Below are positions 1 through 9,835 of a DNA stretch of 43,365 bases, in pieces. A program made the translations under genes and the position numbers. The notes below the pieces were generated by a model. That model saw nothing but the letters and a program-made list of their open reading frames with translations, did no database searches and was not told where the DNA came from. Origin of the DNA: Craspedostauros australis (taxonomy: Eukaryota); assembly GCA_030167865.1 (NCBI GenBank), contig JALAGF010000925.1, positions 1 to 43,365 of the forward strand, in the 5' to 3' direction. Every line of letters starts with the position of its first letter. The stretch's first letter is position 1.

Positions 1-444
1 GGGTCTCGGATCCGTGAACCAACCAAAAATGTACCGAATCAGTCTCATTGAAGAAAACTCACAAGACGAGGAACAACGCAAAAAACGCACTCACAAAGGC
101 CCTATTAGAGGTAGCTTGGCCATGTTCATCACCTCATAACTTTATAATCAATGCCCGGACTCACTGTCTAGCACCTTTCCCTTATTACCAATGTGTTAAA
201 TTATACATGGTTGAATTATAGTCTCTATAGGAGCCCATTTTTTCAAAATCCTGCCGTGGTCGTACGGTCATTGGCTGACGTGGGTCATATGTTCCAATGG
301 ATCAAACGATGACATCGATGGAAATGCCAAATTCCGTGCGCAACCCGTCAAAAAAGTTCTTTCCCGAACGTGTCTGCGCACATTTTGTTGTTTGCATCGG
401 AAAAACTAATGAATGCCACGTGATCATCACGGATCAGCGTGCAT

Positions 445-635
445 ATTCGACCAAGAGGACCGTAAAACTACAAAGGTCCAGAAAAATTAAATTACGACCT
501 TAGAGCTAAATCGGGCTCCATAACACACCTCATATTTTATCTAGTTTATGAATATGTGAGTGGTGTGGTTGAAAGCCCCGAATGTTGTCACCCCTCCAGG
601 ACGGACTGCAGGTCTCGTCACTCAATCGGGTCTTA
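445..635 (+). repeat. ~190-bp dispersed direct repeat, copy A (probable transposon end fragment)
   Basis: Matches 3244-3434 in the same orientation. The first 76 bp have only 2 mismatches, and both copies end in GGGTCTTA. Confidence 0.9.
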
Positions 636-966
636 TCGCGGTGAGAATTATTGCCGAGTACAGGAGGATAGAGCCAACCAGTGTCCAAAAGGGGCCGGAA
701 CTCTACAACCAGCGTCGTCGCTTACTGTGTTCTCCGTTCTGTGCAGGTCGTCCGTCCGATCAGGGCGAAGCCCCAAGACGAAGAGCTGCTCTATGGTCAC
801 AGGAGCGACGACATCCTCGACACGAGTGCAGTAATACGCAGAGAGACGATGCTCTCTCTGTCTCTACCGCAAACGAACATCGGAATTGGTGAGAAATCCA
901 AATTTTGTCGCTTCTTGTGGCAAAAGAGTGATTACCCTACGATCTACTCTGTGTGATGACTTCTCA

Positions 967-2550
967 TCACGCGTAACAGGAAGAATCGCCGATGCAGCCT
1001 CCGTCAGCCACCAGATCAACGTTGAAATAGCATGCCCTGGTGCCGAGGCAAGCTCCATTGCCCACATCGCCGGTGTTGCGGTAGCACGCTCGATACATGT
1101 TGCACGAATCCACCCCGATCTCGCCCCCGTTGTAGTAGCAGGCTTGATCTCCAATGCAGGAGCCCTTCGCAATGTTGCCTTTGTTGTATCTGCATGCGTA
1201 GTCCAGCTGGCAGGAGCCTTCACCGATGGTGCCCCTATTGTAAATACAAGAGTCTCCACCAATGCATGCGTTAGACGTGACGATTCCGTCGTTGCGTCGG
1301 CATGCGTCATCGCCCAAGCACGATCCTTCCCCCACATTGCCGTAATTGTAGTCACAGGCGCTCTCGCCGAGGCAGGAGCCGTCACTGACATTTGCAGTGT
1401 TGCCGACACATGCCGTCTCATTGATACATGAGCCACTACCAAGGTAGCCAGTGTTATCAGCGCAAGCGAAGCTTCCGAAGCAAGAACCCTTGCTGACGAC
1501 CCCCCCGTTGTACACGCATGCACGATTACCAATGCAAGCGTCATCGGCGATAGTGCCAGAGTCCGCGAAGCCAGCGTACTGGAAGCAAGCTTTTTCTCCG
1601 GAGCAAGAGCCCTTACCGACGGGCCCCGTGTTGGACATGCATGCACGATCGCCATTGCAAGCGTCATCGGCGATAGCACCAGAGTTCTCGTAGCAAGCAG
1701 CCTCGCCGTTGCAAGCACGGGAGGGCACGGACACAGTGGTGTACTGGCAGGCTCTGTCACCGTTGCAAGAGTAGGAGGCAATCTGGATGGTCATCGTGAT
1801 GTTGGGATTGAAGAAGCAAGCTTTCTCGCCGTTGCAGGAGTCAGGGCAGACTGTTACAGAGCTTCCACTGCTCCAAGAGCATACGGGAGATGCGGCGTTG
1901 ACCGACGCTTCGCAACAGTTGGCATCCTCGGCCGCGCACTTGGCAGTGACAGCTTCGGCTGTTCCAGTGAAGCACGGCTCGAGTACCTCGGGGGGCTTGG
2001 TCGATTTCGAGGACTTCGCCGATTTCGACGATTTGGTCGATTTCGAGGACTTCGCCGATTTCGAGGACTTGAGCTGACGACTGTTGGCGTCGCGAGCCTC
2101 GTCTGTCTCTGTTCCAACAGACAGAGTGCTGTGCTCGAGCGATGCACGCTCATCCTCATCGCTGGACGCATCTTGGGCTTGAAGGCGACCGAGATCGGCG
2201 TACTTGTCCTTGATGTTGGTGGAGACGGAAGGACGTGGACGGCGGATGCTGTCTGCGATCTTGTCTGTTGCAGTTTCGACCTTTCCATCGTGAGAATGCA
2301 GGTGAGAGTGGAAGTGAGAGTGCAAGTGAGAGTGCGATTGCGAGTATGGCATGTTGGCATCTTCCCTCTTGTGGTTGGCTGTCAACTCCATGAGCCTCGC
2401 CTTGGCAGTGTTGATGTTGGCGTCGACATTGACGTCGATTTTGCCATCTGCGGCTGCCTTCTTGTTGGTGTTCAGCACCGCGTCGACGCCATTGCAGATG
2501 ATGCTCTGAGCTACGACGAGAGCGAGGATGTCTTTCTTGATGATCGGCAT
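967..2550 (-). CDS. Secreted protein with RxL site, KxxK (silaffin-like) repeat and 16 Cys-x5-Cys repeats
   Basis: 527-aa ATG ORF with a hydrophobic N-terminus (ILALVVAQSIICNGVDA), a His-rich tract and RQL-KSSKSAKSSKSTKSSKSAKSSKSTK. These are followed by ~18-aa repeats of [SA]CxGxxACxxNxGx[IV]xx[GD]. Confidence 0.85.
   Translation of the reverse strand: MPIIKKDILALVVAQSIICNGVDAVLNTNKKAAADGKIDVNVDANINTAKARLMELTANHKREDANMPYSQSHSHLHSHFHSHLHSHDGKVETATDKIADSIRRPRPSVSTNIKDKYADLGRLQAQDASSDEDERASLEHSTLSVGTETDEARDANSRQLKSSKSAKSSKSTKSSKSAKSSKSTKPPEVLEPCFTGTAEAVTAKCAAEDANCCEASVNAASPVCSWSSGSSVTVCPDSCNGEKACFFNPNITMTIQIASYSCNGDRACQYTTVSVPSRACNGEAACYENSGAIADDACNGDRACMSNTGPVGKGSCSGEKACFQYAGFADSGTIADDACIGNRACVYNGGVVSKGSCFGSFACADNTGYLGSGSCINETACVGNTANVSDGSCLGESACDYNYGNVGEGSCLGDDACRRNDGIVTSNACIGGDSCIYNRGTIGEGSCQLDYACRYNKGNIAKGSCIGDQACYYNGGEIGVDSCNMYRACYRNTGDVGNGACLGTRACYFNVDLVADGGCIGDSSCYA
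1996..2070 (-). repeat. 36-bp coding tandem duplication encoding (KSSKSAKSSKST)x2-K
   Basis: ttggtcgatttcgaggacttcgccgatttcga occurs twice in tandem with a 36-bp period. Confidence 0.9.
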
Positions 2551-3243
2551 GGTTGTTGGTGCGTGTTGATGTTGTTTTTACTTGTTGTGTGTGCGCTTTG
2601 GCCTTGAGTCAAGGTGAGTTGAGTTGATTGAGTTGAGTTGGTCTGTTCTCGATTTTGTGGCTGATGGCAAGGAATCGCTTGAAGGGTGAAACTCTTGGAT
2701 GCCATCTGTATCATGTGCTGTTGTTGTTTGCGTTCTTGGGCACTCTTCCTCCTCATGGGTGTCGAGCACGAGTTTGGATCCGACAACTTCAGAAGCTTTC
2801 GACTTCGTGGAAGTGGCTGCAACGGCGATGGCACGCTTGGATGCCGGACATTGTGGCGCTCATTTGGTTTCACCTCGCCATTTTTGCTCAGGGTTCCGTG
2901 AACAACGGATGATTACTTCGGCCCCGCCGACTCAGTCGACGGTGGAGGATCCTGCACAAGGGTGCTCCAGTGACAATAGATATTTGAGGTCGTGGAGTGT
3001 TCTTTGGTGACGTCTGTTGCGAGCGGGACTTGCTCTCTCTGTGCGCATCTCCGATTGATGTCGCTCACTTGAGCTTCGTTGCCCACCGTTCACCCTCGTA
3101 AAACCACTTCACGACAGAGAGCTGAGGGGAACAGTCCTTGGTCGCCCTCCGCGTCCCCCTCACGCTTGTTCCAGGCAAGGATGAATGCATGGTGCCTGGG
3201 TCGGCAAGTATGACAACCCGCCGAGTGAATCGACGGCGCGAAC

Positions 3244-3434
3244 ATTCGACCAAGAGGACCGTAAAACTACAAAGGTCCAGAAAAATCAAATTAAGACCTT
3301 AGAGCTAAATCGGGCTCCACTAAACATCTTATAATTTTATCTAGTTTATGAAATGTGAATGATTTGGTTGAAAGTCCCGTATGTTGCCAGCACCCCAGGA
3401 CTGGCTGCAGCTCCCGTCACTCAAGTGGGTCTTA
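3244..3434 (+). repeat. ~190-bp dispersed direct repeat, copy B
   Basis: Matches 445-635. This copy also contains ttaagacc...ggtcttaa as a short inverted pair (3291-3435). Confidence 0.9.
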
Positions 3435-3786
3435 ATGTTTGTCAATGGACTTAGCTCGCCCTTCGTTTGGTTCGATGTCACAGTTTAGATTGCTAATTTC
3501 GGTAATCGTATTTGCGCGAATTCTGCATGCTGTGTTTCTGGTGTCAATTTTGATTTTCGAATATTAGTGATGAGGTAGATTTCACGACAATGACGATGGT
3601 TGTCGTCACACCACATCACATCGCATCACATCGCGACGATTCGTCCTGTTGGCATCATCGTTGGAAGTTGCAATACTGCATGAAGAAGTGACAGTTATCG
3701 CAAAAAGGCAACACAATCTCACACCATCTATTCTGTAATACTTCAACTTGCATGGTATTGGCATTGGCAACCAGACTTCGCTGGTC

Positions 3787-4635
3787 ATGACGGGCTGTCC
3801 TCGTTGCAACCAATCGAAGCTGAAGACGTGGATTGCTGTGCTGACTTTGGTGGCATCGATCTGCAACACAATAGCATTCTCATCCACCAACGGCCGATCG
3901 GCGTTCGTGCAAGGGCATCCAACTGTCACAGCAGGAGCACCACCGCTACCACAATCCAACATCTTTCCACCACCCCATTTCTCGACATCGCTGTCGCAAT
4001 CCTCAGGTTCGTCCACGGAAACACCCGACGCCGACGCACAGCCAACGATGATGAACTCCGCCATCGCCAAGATCGGCAAGACCACATCGGCGGTGGTGGC
4101 CCTCACTTTCTTCGTCTTTCTCTCGTACTACCGCGACAGCCTCATGCTGTCGTTCTGGATCGGCGCCATCTCCAATGGCATCCTCAGCAAGGTCCTCAAA
4201 AAGATCATCAACCAGTCGCGGCCCACAACAACCGCTGACAACGCAAGCAAAATCCAACCCAGCGACGGCGGCATGCCCAGCTCGCATGGCATGAGCCTGG
4301 GATTCATCTGCACCTTCACGGCCTTGACCGTGACGTGGACGCAGCTGCCGCTCTTCATCTATTCCATGATCAGCTTGGTGTACCGCGTGCAATCCAAGCT
4401 GCATACGTGGCAGCAAGTGGCGGTGGGTGGCACGGTGGGGTCCTTCAACGGGTATCTGTGGCACGCATTGTGTTTCGATCACAATGTGATAGAATGGGTG
4501 TCGAGCAATATTCTCAATGGTGCAGACGCCATGCCGGTGTACTACCTCGCTGTGCCTGCATTTGTAGGCTTGGCTGTCGTGGGATCCTTCGAGCGGCGGC
4601 TTTCCAATTTCTTCAAGCAGCGCAAGCAACAGTGA
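3787..4635 (+). CDS. PAP2-family lipid phosphate phosphatase (LPP-epsilon/dolichyldiphosphatase-like), probably plastid-targeted
   Basis: Motifs C1 KKIINQSRP, C2 GMPSSH and C3 YRVQSKLHTWQQV, plus several TM helices. First in-frame ATG is at 3787. The signal peptide ends at TIA-F and is followed by a Ser/Thr-rich transit-like peptide. Confidence 0.88.
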   Translation: MTGCPRCNQSKLKTWIAVLTLVASICNTIAFSSTNGRSAFVQGHPTVTAGAPPLPQSNIFPPPHFSTSLSQSSGSSTETPDADAQPTMMNSAIAKIGKTTSAVVALTFFVFLSYYRDSLMLSFWIGAISNGILSKVLKKIINQSRPTTTADNASKIQPSDGGMPSSHGMSLGFICTFTALTVTWTQLPLFIYSMISLVYRVQSKLHTWQQVAVGGTVGSFNGYLWHALCFDHNVIEWVSSNILNGADAMPVYYLAVPAFVGLAVVGSFERRLSNFFKQRKQQ

Positions 4636-4765
4636 TGGTGAGAGTACGAGTGGCATGTTCTCATAGGTTACTCGTACTACGCGAAAGACAGAGTTACTAC
4701 TTGGAGATGTCACCTTTTATACCACAAACATTCTTCATCATCACCAATCCATTTTTTGCACTGTT

Positions 4766-7282
4766 CTACTGCCTGCCTTCGTTCACCAGCTTGATGATTT
4801 CCAGAATGATCTCGGCGGCTTCGGGCAGACTGTTCAAATTATCCTCCGTATCTTCGTGACCGCGTGCCAACACCGCATCCAACGTCGTCTCCGGGTATTC
4901 ATCCGTGCTCACGTTGTTGAGAGATGGCTGCAGCACATCCGTGACGTGCTCGTGCTTTTCGTAGAATCGATAGAACGATTCGCTCACCTTGCTCTGCTGT
5001 ACGGTGTCGACAAAATGATCGAACTCATCCCACATGTGCGCCGCGTTGTCTGCGCCCCATACATCGAAGAAGCTCGAGGTCTTGTTCCTGCTGCCGCCGC
5101 GCACACCTCCAGTTTGTCGCGATGCGGTGGATAACGTTTCGAAGGAATTGCCAAAGACGTGCGGTTTTTGACACGAGCTGTCGACGTGCCGGCTCAGTTC
5201 CACGTTCAATCGTTGCTCGTCATCCGACTCCAAGTAGTGCGCCAACAACGGCATCTCCGAGAAGATGCATTCCGACATCAGTTGCGATCCAGCGGATGAG
5301 GCAACGCCATCAGCGACGCTCATGAGGGGAACGAACATCGATCGATCCATCACGCGGATCAACCGCGGGTGGCCAAGTTCCTCCTTGGCATTTGCATTTC
5401 CCATACCTCCACCGCCGAGACTACCGCCCGAGTCTTCCACCAGTCTGCGATGAACATCTTCCTTCATTTTGCGTTCCTCTTTCGTCGCTTGCTCCTTCAT
5501 TTCGCGTCGATGCTGCTGTTCCAACTCCGTGTACGGCACACCTCTGGCTTCCCGCACTTCGTCATGATTGTGCACGATCCATTTGGCACCGTACCGATTG
5601 GGGTCGCTGAGCATATCACGAAAGTACCCATTGTCAAACAGCAGCACATCGAACCCAGCCTGCAGCAAGGCCCGCGTGGCGATGGCACCGTTGTGATCTC
5701 GGAAGTAGCAGATCACGATCTTGCGTCGCTGGGCAGATTTGGCAGCGAGCGGTGGTTCCAACGAATCCAACAAAAGGTGTTTGACCTGATCTTCGCGTGG
5801 CAGAACGGGTGCAAAGCGTCCCGTCCGCTGCGAATAGCGTCGCGAGTACGCCATGCGGATGACTTCGGGCCGCATGGGCGCCCGCGCCACCGTTCCGCTT
5901 TTGACGGCGCTCTCCAAGAAGCAGAAATGGGTCGCGATTTGCCATTCCGAAAAGAAGCTGGAGCGGAAGTTGAGCGTGGCCTGCTTCTGCCAGCTCTGGC
6001 TGAGAAAGGCGTTGTTCGTGATCCACGATGGAGTTTGCGCAATGTGAAAGAGTTGTCCATGCGCGATGCCGACGGAGGGGATGCCACCCAGCTTGGCACG
6101 CAGCATGCCCGGCAAATCACCATCGCTGATCACGAGTACGGGGTATCGATCGCGATTGATCGAGACTTCGCAGTCGTTGATGATGCGTTCCGCGACGTGT
6201 GAGATCATGGAGAAGAAGCTCATGGAGGGCGTGAGGGAGGACACGCTGAGTGCCGTGGTGACACCTTTGCGCTCGTGACTGTGGGTGATGAGTTTGGAAT
6301 CCTCATGCATGGCCCGCCACATCGATGCTCTGGATAAGAACAGACGCACATCGACGCCAGCCTCATTGAGCTGATCCACGATGGCGACGCTCCTGGCGTA
6401 GTGACCAATGCCGCGTCCATGCACGTAGTACTCGACCAACGGGTTCTGCGTGGATCCCGACCCGCCAGCAGAATCCCCATGGTCCAGAGCGTGCGGTGGC
6501 GGCGTGCACACGCGCATCCCATCGCTGAAGAAGTCAAACAAGATCCAACAGGCCAACAGAAAGCATCCAATGACGAGCCTCAGCACGACGTAGCTGGATA
6601 TGCGCCGCATGCTGTTGCATGGCCGCTTCATCGATCTCCAGGCGTATCTCATGTACAGCGAACACACGACGCAGAGCTCCCTCGCGATGACCTTGAGAGA
6701 CGGTAACGGTGGCGCGTTGCTGCTGTCCTGAGATCGGGATCCCTCCCTCCCGATGCCAGCATCGCCGTGCGCATTGGGATTGGAATTTGGCATGTCGCTG
6801 TTGCCCGACAATGGATCATGTCCAAAGAAAGATGAATGCATCGATGCAGGTCCACGCCTTCGAAGTCCGCCCTCGCCCTTGTATCTTTTGGAGAAACGAA
6901 ACACGTCATCGCTCCTGCCTCCGCTTTCTCTCTGCATCGCAGCTGCTGCTGCTGCTGCTGCTGACGACGACGGCGACGCTGTAGATTGCGCAAACATGGA
7001 TGGCACCTCCGAATCTCGACTCCCACCCTTGTGCATGCGCTGGTGTGCTTTGCGCTGTCCCTTGGAGGGTGTCGCCGATGGTCCTGGCGATAAGGTCGCC
7101 GACCGCGTCCTCCTGCGTGGACTTCGCATGGCTCTCGCATTGCGCGATGGCCGTTGCTGGTCGTCAAAGTGCGTCGATGATTGCGCCGACGCATGCCGAT
7201 TGCGCGATGTCAGGTCGGATCGGTTGCGTCCCTCGTCGCCGCCGTCATTGGAAGAATCATCCTTGAGACCGAACGGGTTCAT
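4766..7282 (-). CDS. Type II membrane GT-B glycosyltransferase (Glyco_trans_1_3/MJ1255-like)
   Basis: 838-aa ORF with a low-complexity N-terminus and a single TM (VVLRLVIGCFLLACWILF). Motifs: YYVHGRGIGHYARS, VISDGD...GIPSVGIAH and VASSAGSQLMSECIFSEMPLL...EQRLN. Confidence 0.78.
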   Translation of the reverse strand: MNPFGLKDDSSNDGGDEGRNRSDLTSRNRHASAQSSTHFDDQQRPSRNARAMRSPRRRTRSATLSPGPSATPSKGQRKAHQRMHKGGSRDSEVPSMFAQSTASPSSSAAAAAAAAMQRESGGRSDDVFRFSKRYKGEGGLRRRGPASMHSSFFGHDPLSGNSDMPNSNPNAHGDAGIGREGSRSQDSSNAPPLPSLKVIARELCVVCSLYMRYAWRSMKRPCNSMRRISSYVVLRLVIGCFLLACWILFDFFSDGMRVCTPPPHALDHGDSAGGSGSTQNPLVEYYVHGRGIGHYARSVAIVDQLNEAGVDVRLFLSRASMWRAMHEDSKLITHSHERKGVTTALSVSSLTPSMSFFSMISHVAERIINDCEVSINRDRYPVLVISDGDLPGMLRAKLGGIPSVGIAHGQLFHIAQTPSWITNNAFLSQSWQKQATLNFRSSFFSEWQIATHFCFLESAVKSGTVARAPMRPEVIRMAYSRRYSQRTGRFAPVLPREDQVKHLLLDSLEPPLAAKSAQRRKIVICYFRDHNGAIATRALLQAGFDVLLFDNGYFRDMLSDPNRYGAKWIVHNHDEVREARGVPYTELEQQHRREMKEQATKEERKMKEDVHRRLVEDSGGSLGGGGMGNANAKEELGHPRLIRVMDRSMFVPLMSVADGVASSAGSQLMSECIFSEMPLLAHYLESDDEQRLNVELSRHVDSSCQKPHVFGNSFETLSTASRQTGGVRGGSRNKTSSFFDVWGADNAAHMWDEFDHFVDTVQQSKVSESFYRFYEKHEHVTDVLQPSLNNVSTDEYPETTLDAVLARGHEDTEDNLNSLPEAAEIILEIIKLVNEGRQ

Positions 7283-7956
7283 TGCGCGTGTTGTTGCTGC
7301 TTCCGTGGTTGTTGGAGTATTTCTAATGAATCTTCCCTGTGATGGCCATCGTCATTGTTGTGCGGAGCAACAGGCAGAATGAGAGGCGGAGTGGTGTTGT
7401 GGTGATTGGCGGCGATTGGTGAAGGGAGCAGAACCGCCACCAAACTTGCGCATTGGCGGAGGAAGGAACAACAATCGAGTCGTGACAAGCTGGTTATGCA
7501 CGAATGGATGAACAAGGAGATGATCTTGCATTGATTTGTCGTATGCGACATGAGTGTGACGTTGATGTTTGATTCACCGAAACAAGAGAGAAGAAGCATG
7601 ATGGAACATGATCGACCAACACACGACTCGGATGGAGCGTTCGAGTTCGTTGTGGCGGACGAAGGCGACCATGGCGGTGACCACTGTTGTGGGTGGTGGG
7701 AAGCAAGAAACCGGCACGATGAAAAAAGGAGAGGAAACAGAGAGACAGTGAGCGAAGAGACTACTCTGTGCAGATTGCAAGAAGAACATCGTTTCCAAGA
7801 TCATCATCGCCACTGCAGCCATCGTCTGCACAAGTACTCCCCAGAGAACCAGGAAGGAAGGAAACCACTGACGTTTCATTGCAGGATAGAACAAAGTAGA
7901 GTCGATTGGAGCAAGAGCAAGAGACAGAGTTGAAGCTGCCAAGTTTTTGAATCACC

Positions 7957-9206
7957 ATGGAATCGTACGAAGACTTCGAACGGGTACGACATCGACAAGC
8001 ACTGTGGAGCATATTGTTACATTATGGAATAGAGTATTGTTGCTTCGTGCTTGTGATTCTGCAGATCGACTGACTGAGTGTGTTCCGCAGACCCTGCTCG
8101 ATGCCATGGTGGTGGTGTTGGCGGTGGTACAGCGTCGAAGAGTCACCAAGATGGGATCCATGTGCAGGACTGCTGCTGATGCCGTTGTTCCTTCCGCTAT
8201 TTGGTTCTGACCGAAGCAATCACCTAACTCACCAACGTACTATACTCCACATACTCTAATCTACGCATTCACTACGTCAACAACAACAACAAATTGACTG
8301 GCAACTCGCCACCACCGCGCAGGACTACAACGCCCATCTCTCCCGCATCCGCGGATTCCTGGCTGGCACAAAATCCCGCGATACCTTGGTGGAATGCGAG
8401 CGACTGATCGGTGAGGCGCAAGGATGCGCCACCGCCATGCAAGGTCTGGCCGAGGTAGACGGCAATGCCATGAAGGTCAAGGAAGCCCAGCAGCGCATCG
8501 ATCGCGACATTACTCCTCTGGCCAAAGAGGTGGCGCGTGCTCTGCAGCAAATGCCACCCACCAACGCGCAGAGCCGTGAGCAGCTGTTCGCCAGTCATCA
8601 GAGTGGCATGGATCAGCACAGTCGCGATTTGGAGAGCTTGATTACCAATTCGGATGATATGCTGCGGGAATCCAGGTCGTGAGTGCAGCTACAGAATGTG
8701 CATTGGTGTGTTTGTGGAGCTGGTATTGAGCGCAATCGGACCAGAGCATGGTCACGCGCAGGTTCACCGTTTGGGTTGCAATCGTTTCAAAACTGGATCA
8801 TCTCAATTGTGATTGAGCACGATTGGTATGAACGCCAAGAACCCATCGATCTTCCTTGCACTGTTCCCACTGGTTCCTGCATGCTCACACACCCCACTGT
8901 CCATTCTCCATTCCCGTCTTATTCTTTATTCCCACTGCTGCTTCTCCTGTTGCCAACGTCAGATTGATGCTGGAATCGGAGGCCATCGGCAACTCCACGT
9001 TGGGCCAAATGGGGACGCAGCGGGAGCAGCTGCAGAATGCCAACTCCAACGTCGACGCAACACTGGCGGCTGCCCGACAGGCCGGTACCATTCTGGCGTC
9101 CATGTCACGCAAGGTGTGGCGCAGCAAGCTGGGGCTGTACGCCATGATCGTCATCCTCGTGTGCATGAATATTTGGGCTTTCGTTTGGTTGGCAAAGAAG
9201 AAGTAG
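7957..9206 (+). CDS. VTI1: Vti1-like Qb-SNARE (3 exons: 7957-7983, 8323-8678, 8963-9206)
   Basis: GT-AG introns join in frame: MESYEDFER/DYNAHLSRI...MLRESRS/LMLESEAIGNSTLGQMGTQREQL. The product has an N-terminal helical bundle, a SNARE motif with QREQL and a C-terminal TM anchor. Confidence 0.8.
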
Positions 9207-9835
9207 AGTGGAGTTCAGTTTGCATGTCATGGAATGGAATGGAATGGAATGCCACGGAATGTAAGGCCTTCTTTTGCACCGGTCAATCTGTACTCAATCC
9301 AACTTCCTGAAACCCCACTACTAACAATACATAGGAGAACATAGGGTCACATCACACAGAAGCAGCGACACCAGGTTGCACTGGAGTCTGGGGGTTGGAT
9401 CTCGTGTGCCCTGCGCAATAGAGTACTGTGGTTGAATCCAGCATCCAGCACACGATGGCTTGACCGCGGACTGTCATTGCAACACGAATTGCGAGTGTGG
9501 ATGGAGAGAGTCTATGAACAAGGAATGTAGTCATCGACGTCATCAAGTCTTGCTCCAAATCATCGCCAAAAGCACGACCCAAATCTCACCAAGGCCTTTG
9601 TGCGAACAACCCAACGGATCCTCCCTCGCGAAACGCACGACAAACAGAGGCGAAGCGAATCATGAAAGATCACAAATGGAAGTTGACACAACAAACGAGA
9701 AGGACCAAGTCTTAGTCTTACCCATTTGATTCTTGCATTGCCATCACCATCACTGTGAACTGGACTGGAGCCTCTGTCCAAGCCAATCAACAAGTTAACC
9801 ATAACAAGCATACTCATCCTCATACAGCAACCAAC

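Noticed and set aside
1996-2070. CRISPR-like 36-bp repeats
   Set aside because: Spacer-less coding tandem duplication in a eukaryotic gene, with no cas genes present.
445-3434. LTR retrotransposon interpretation of the direct repeats
   Set aside because: No TG...CA termini, PBS/PPT, TSD or gag/pol, and the repeats are unevenly diverged.
9229-9251. (GGAAT)n and similar short pentamer/trimer runs (also 2616-2640, 6941-6963, 23380-23422, 28486-28509)
   Set aside because: Ordinary microsatellites, too short to be telomeric or centromeric arrays.
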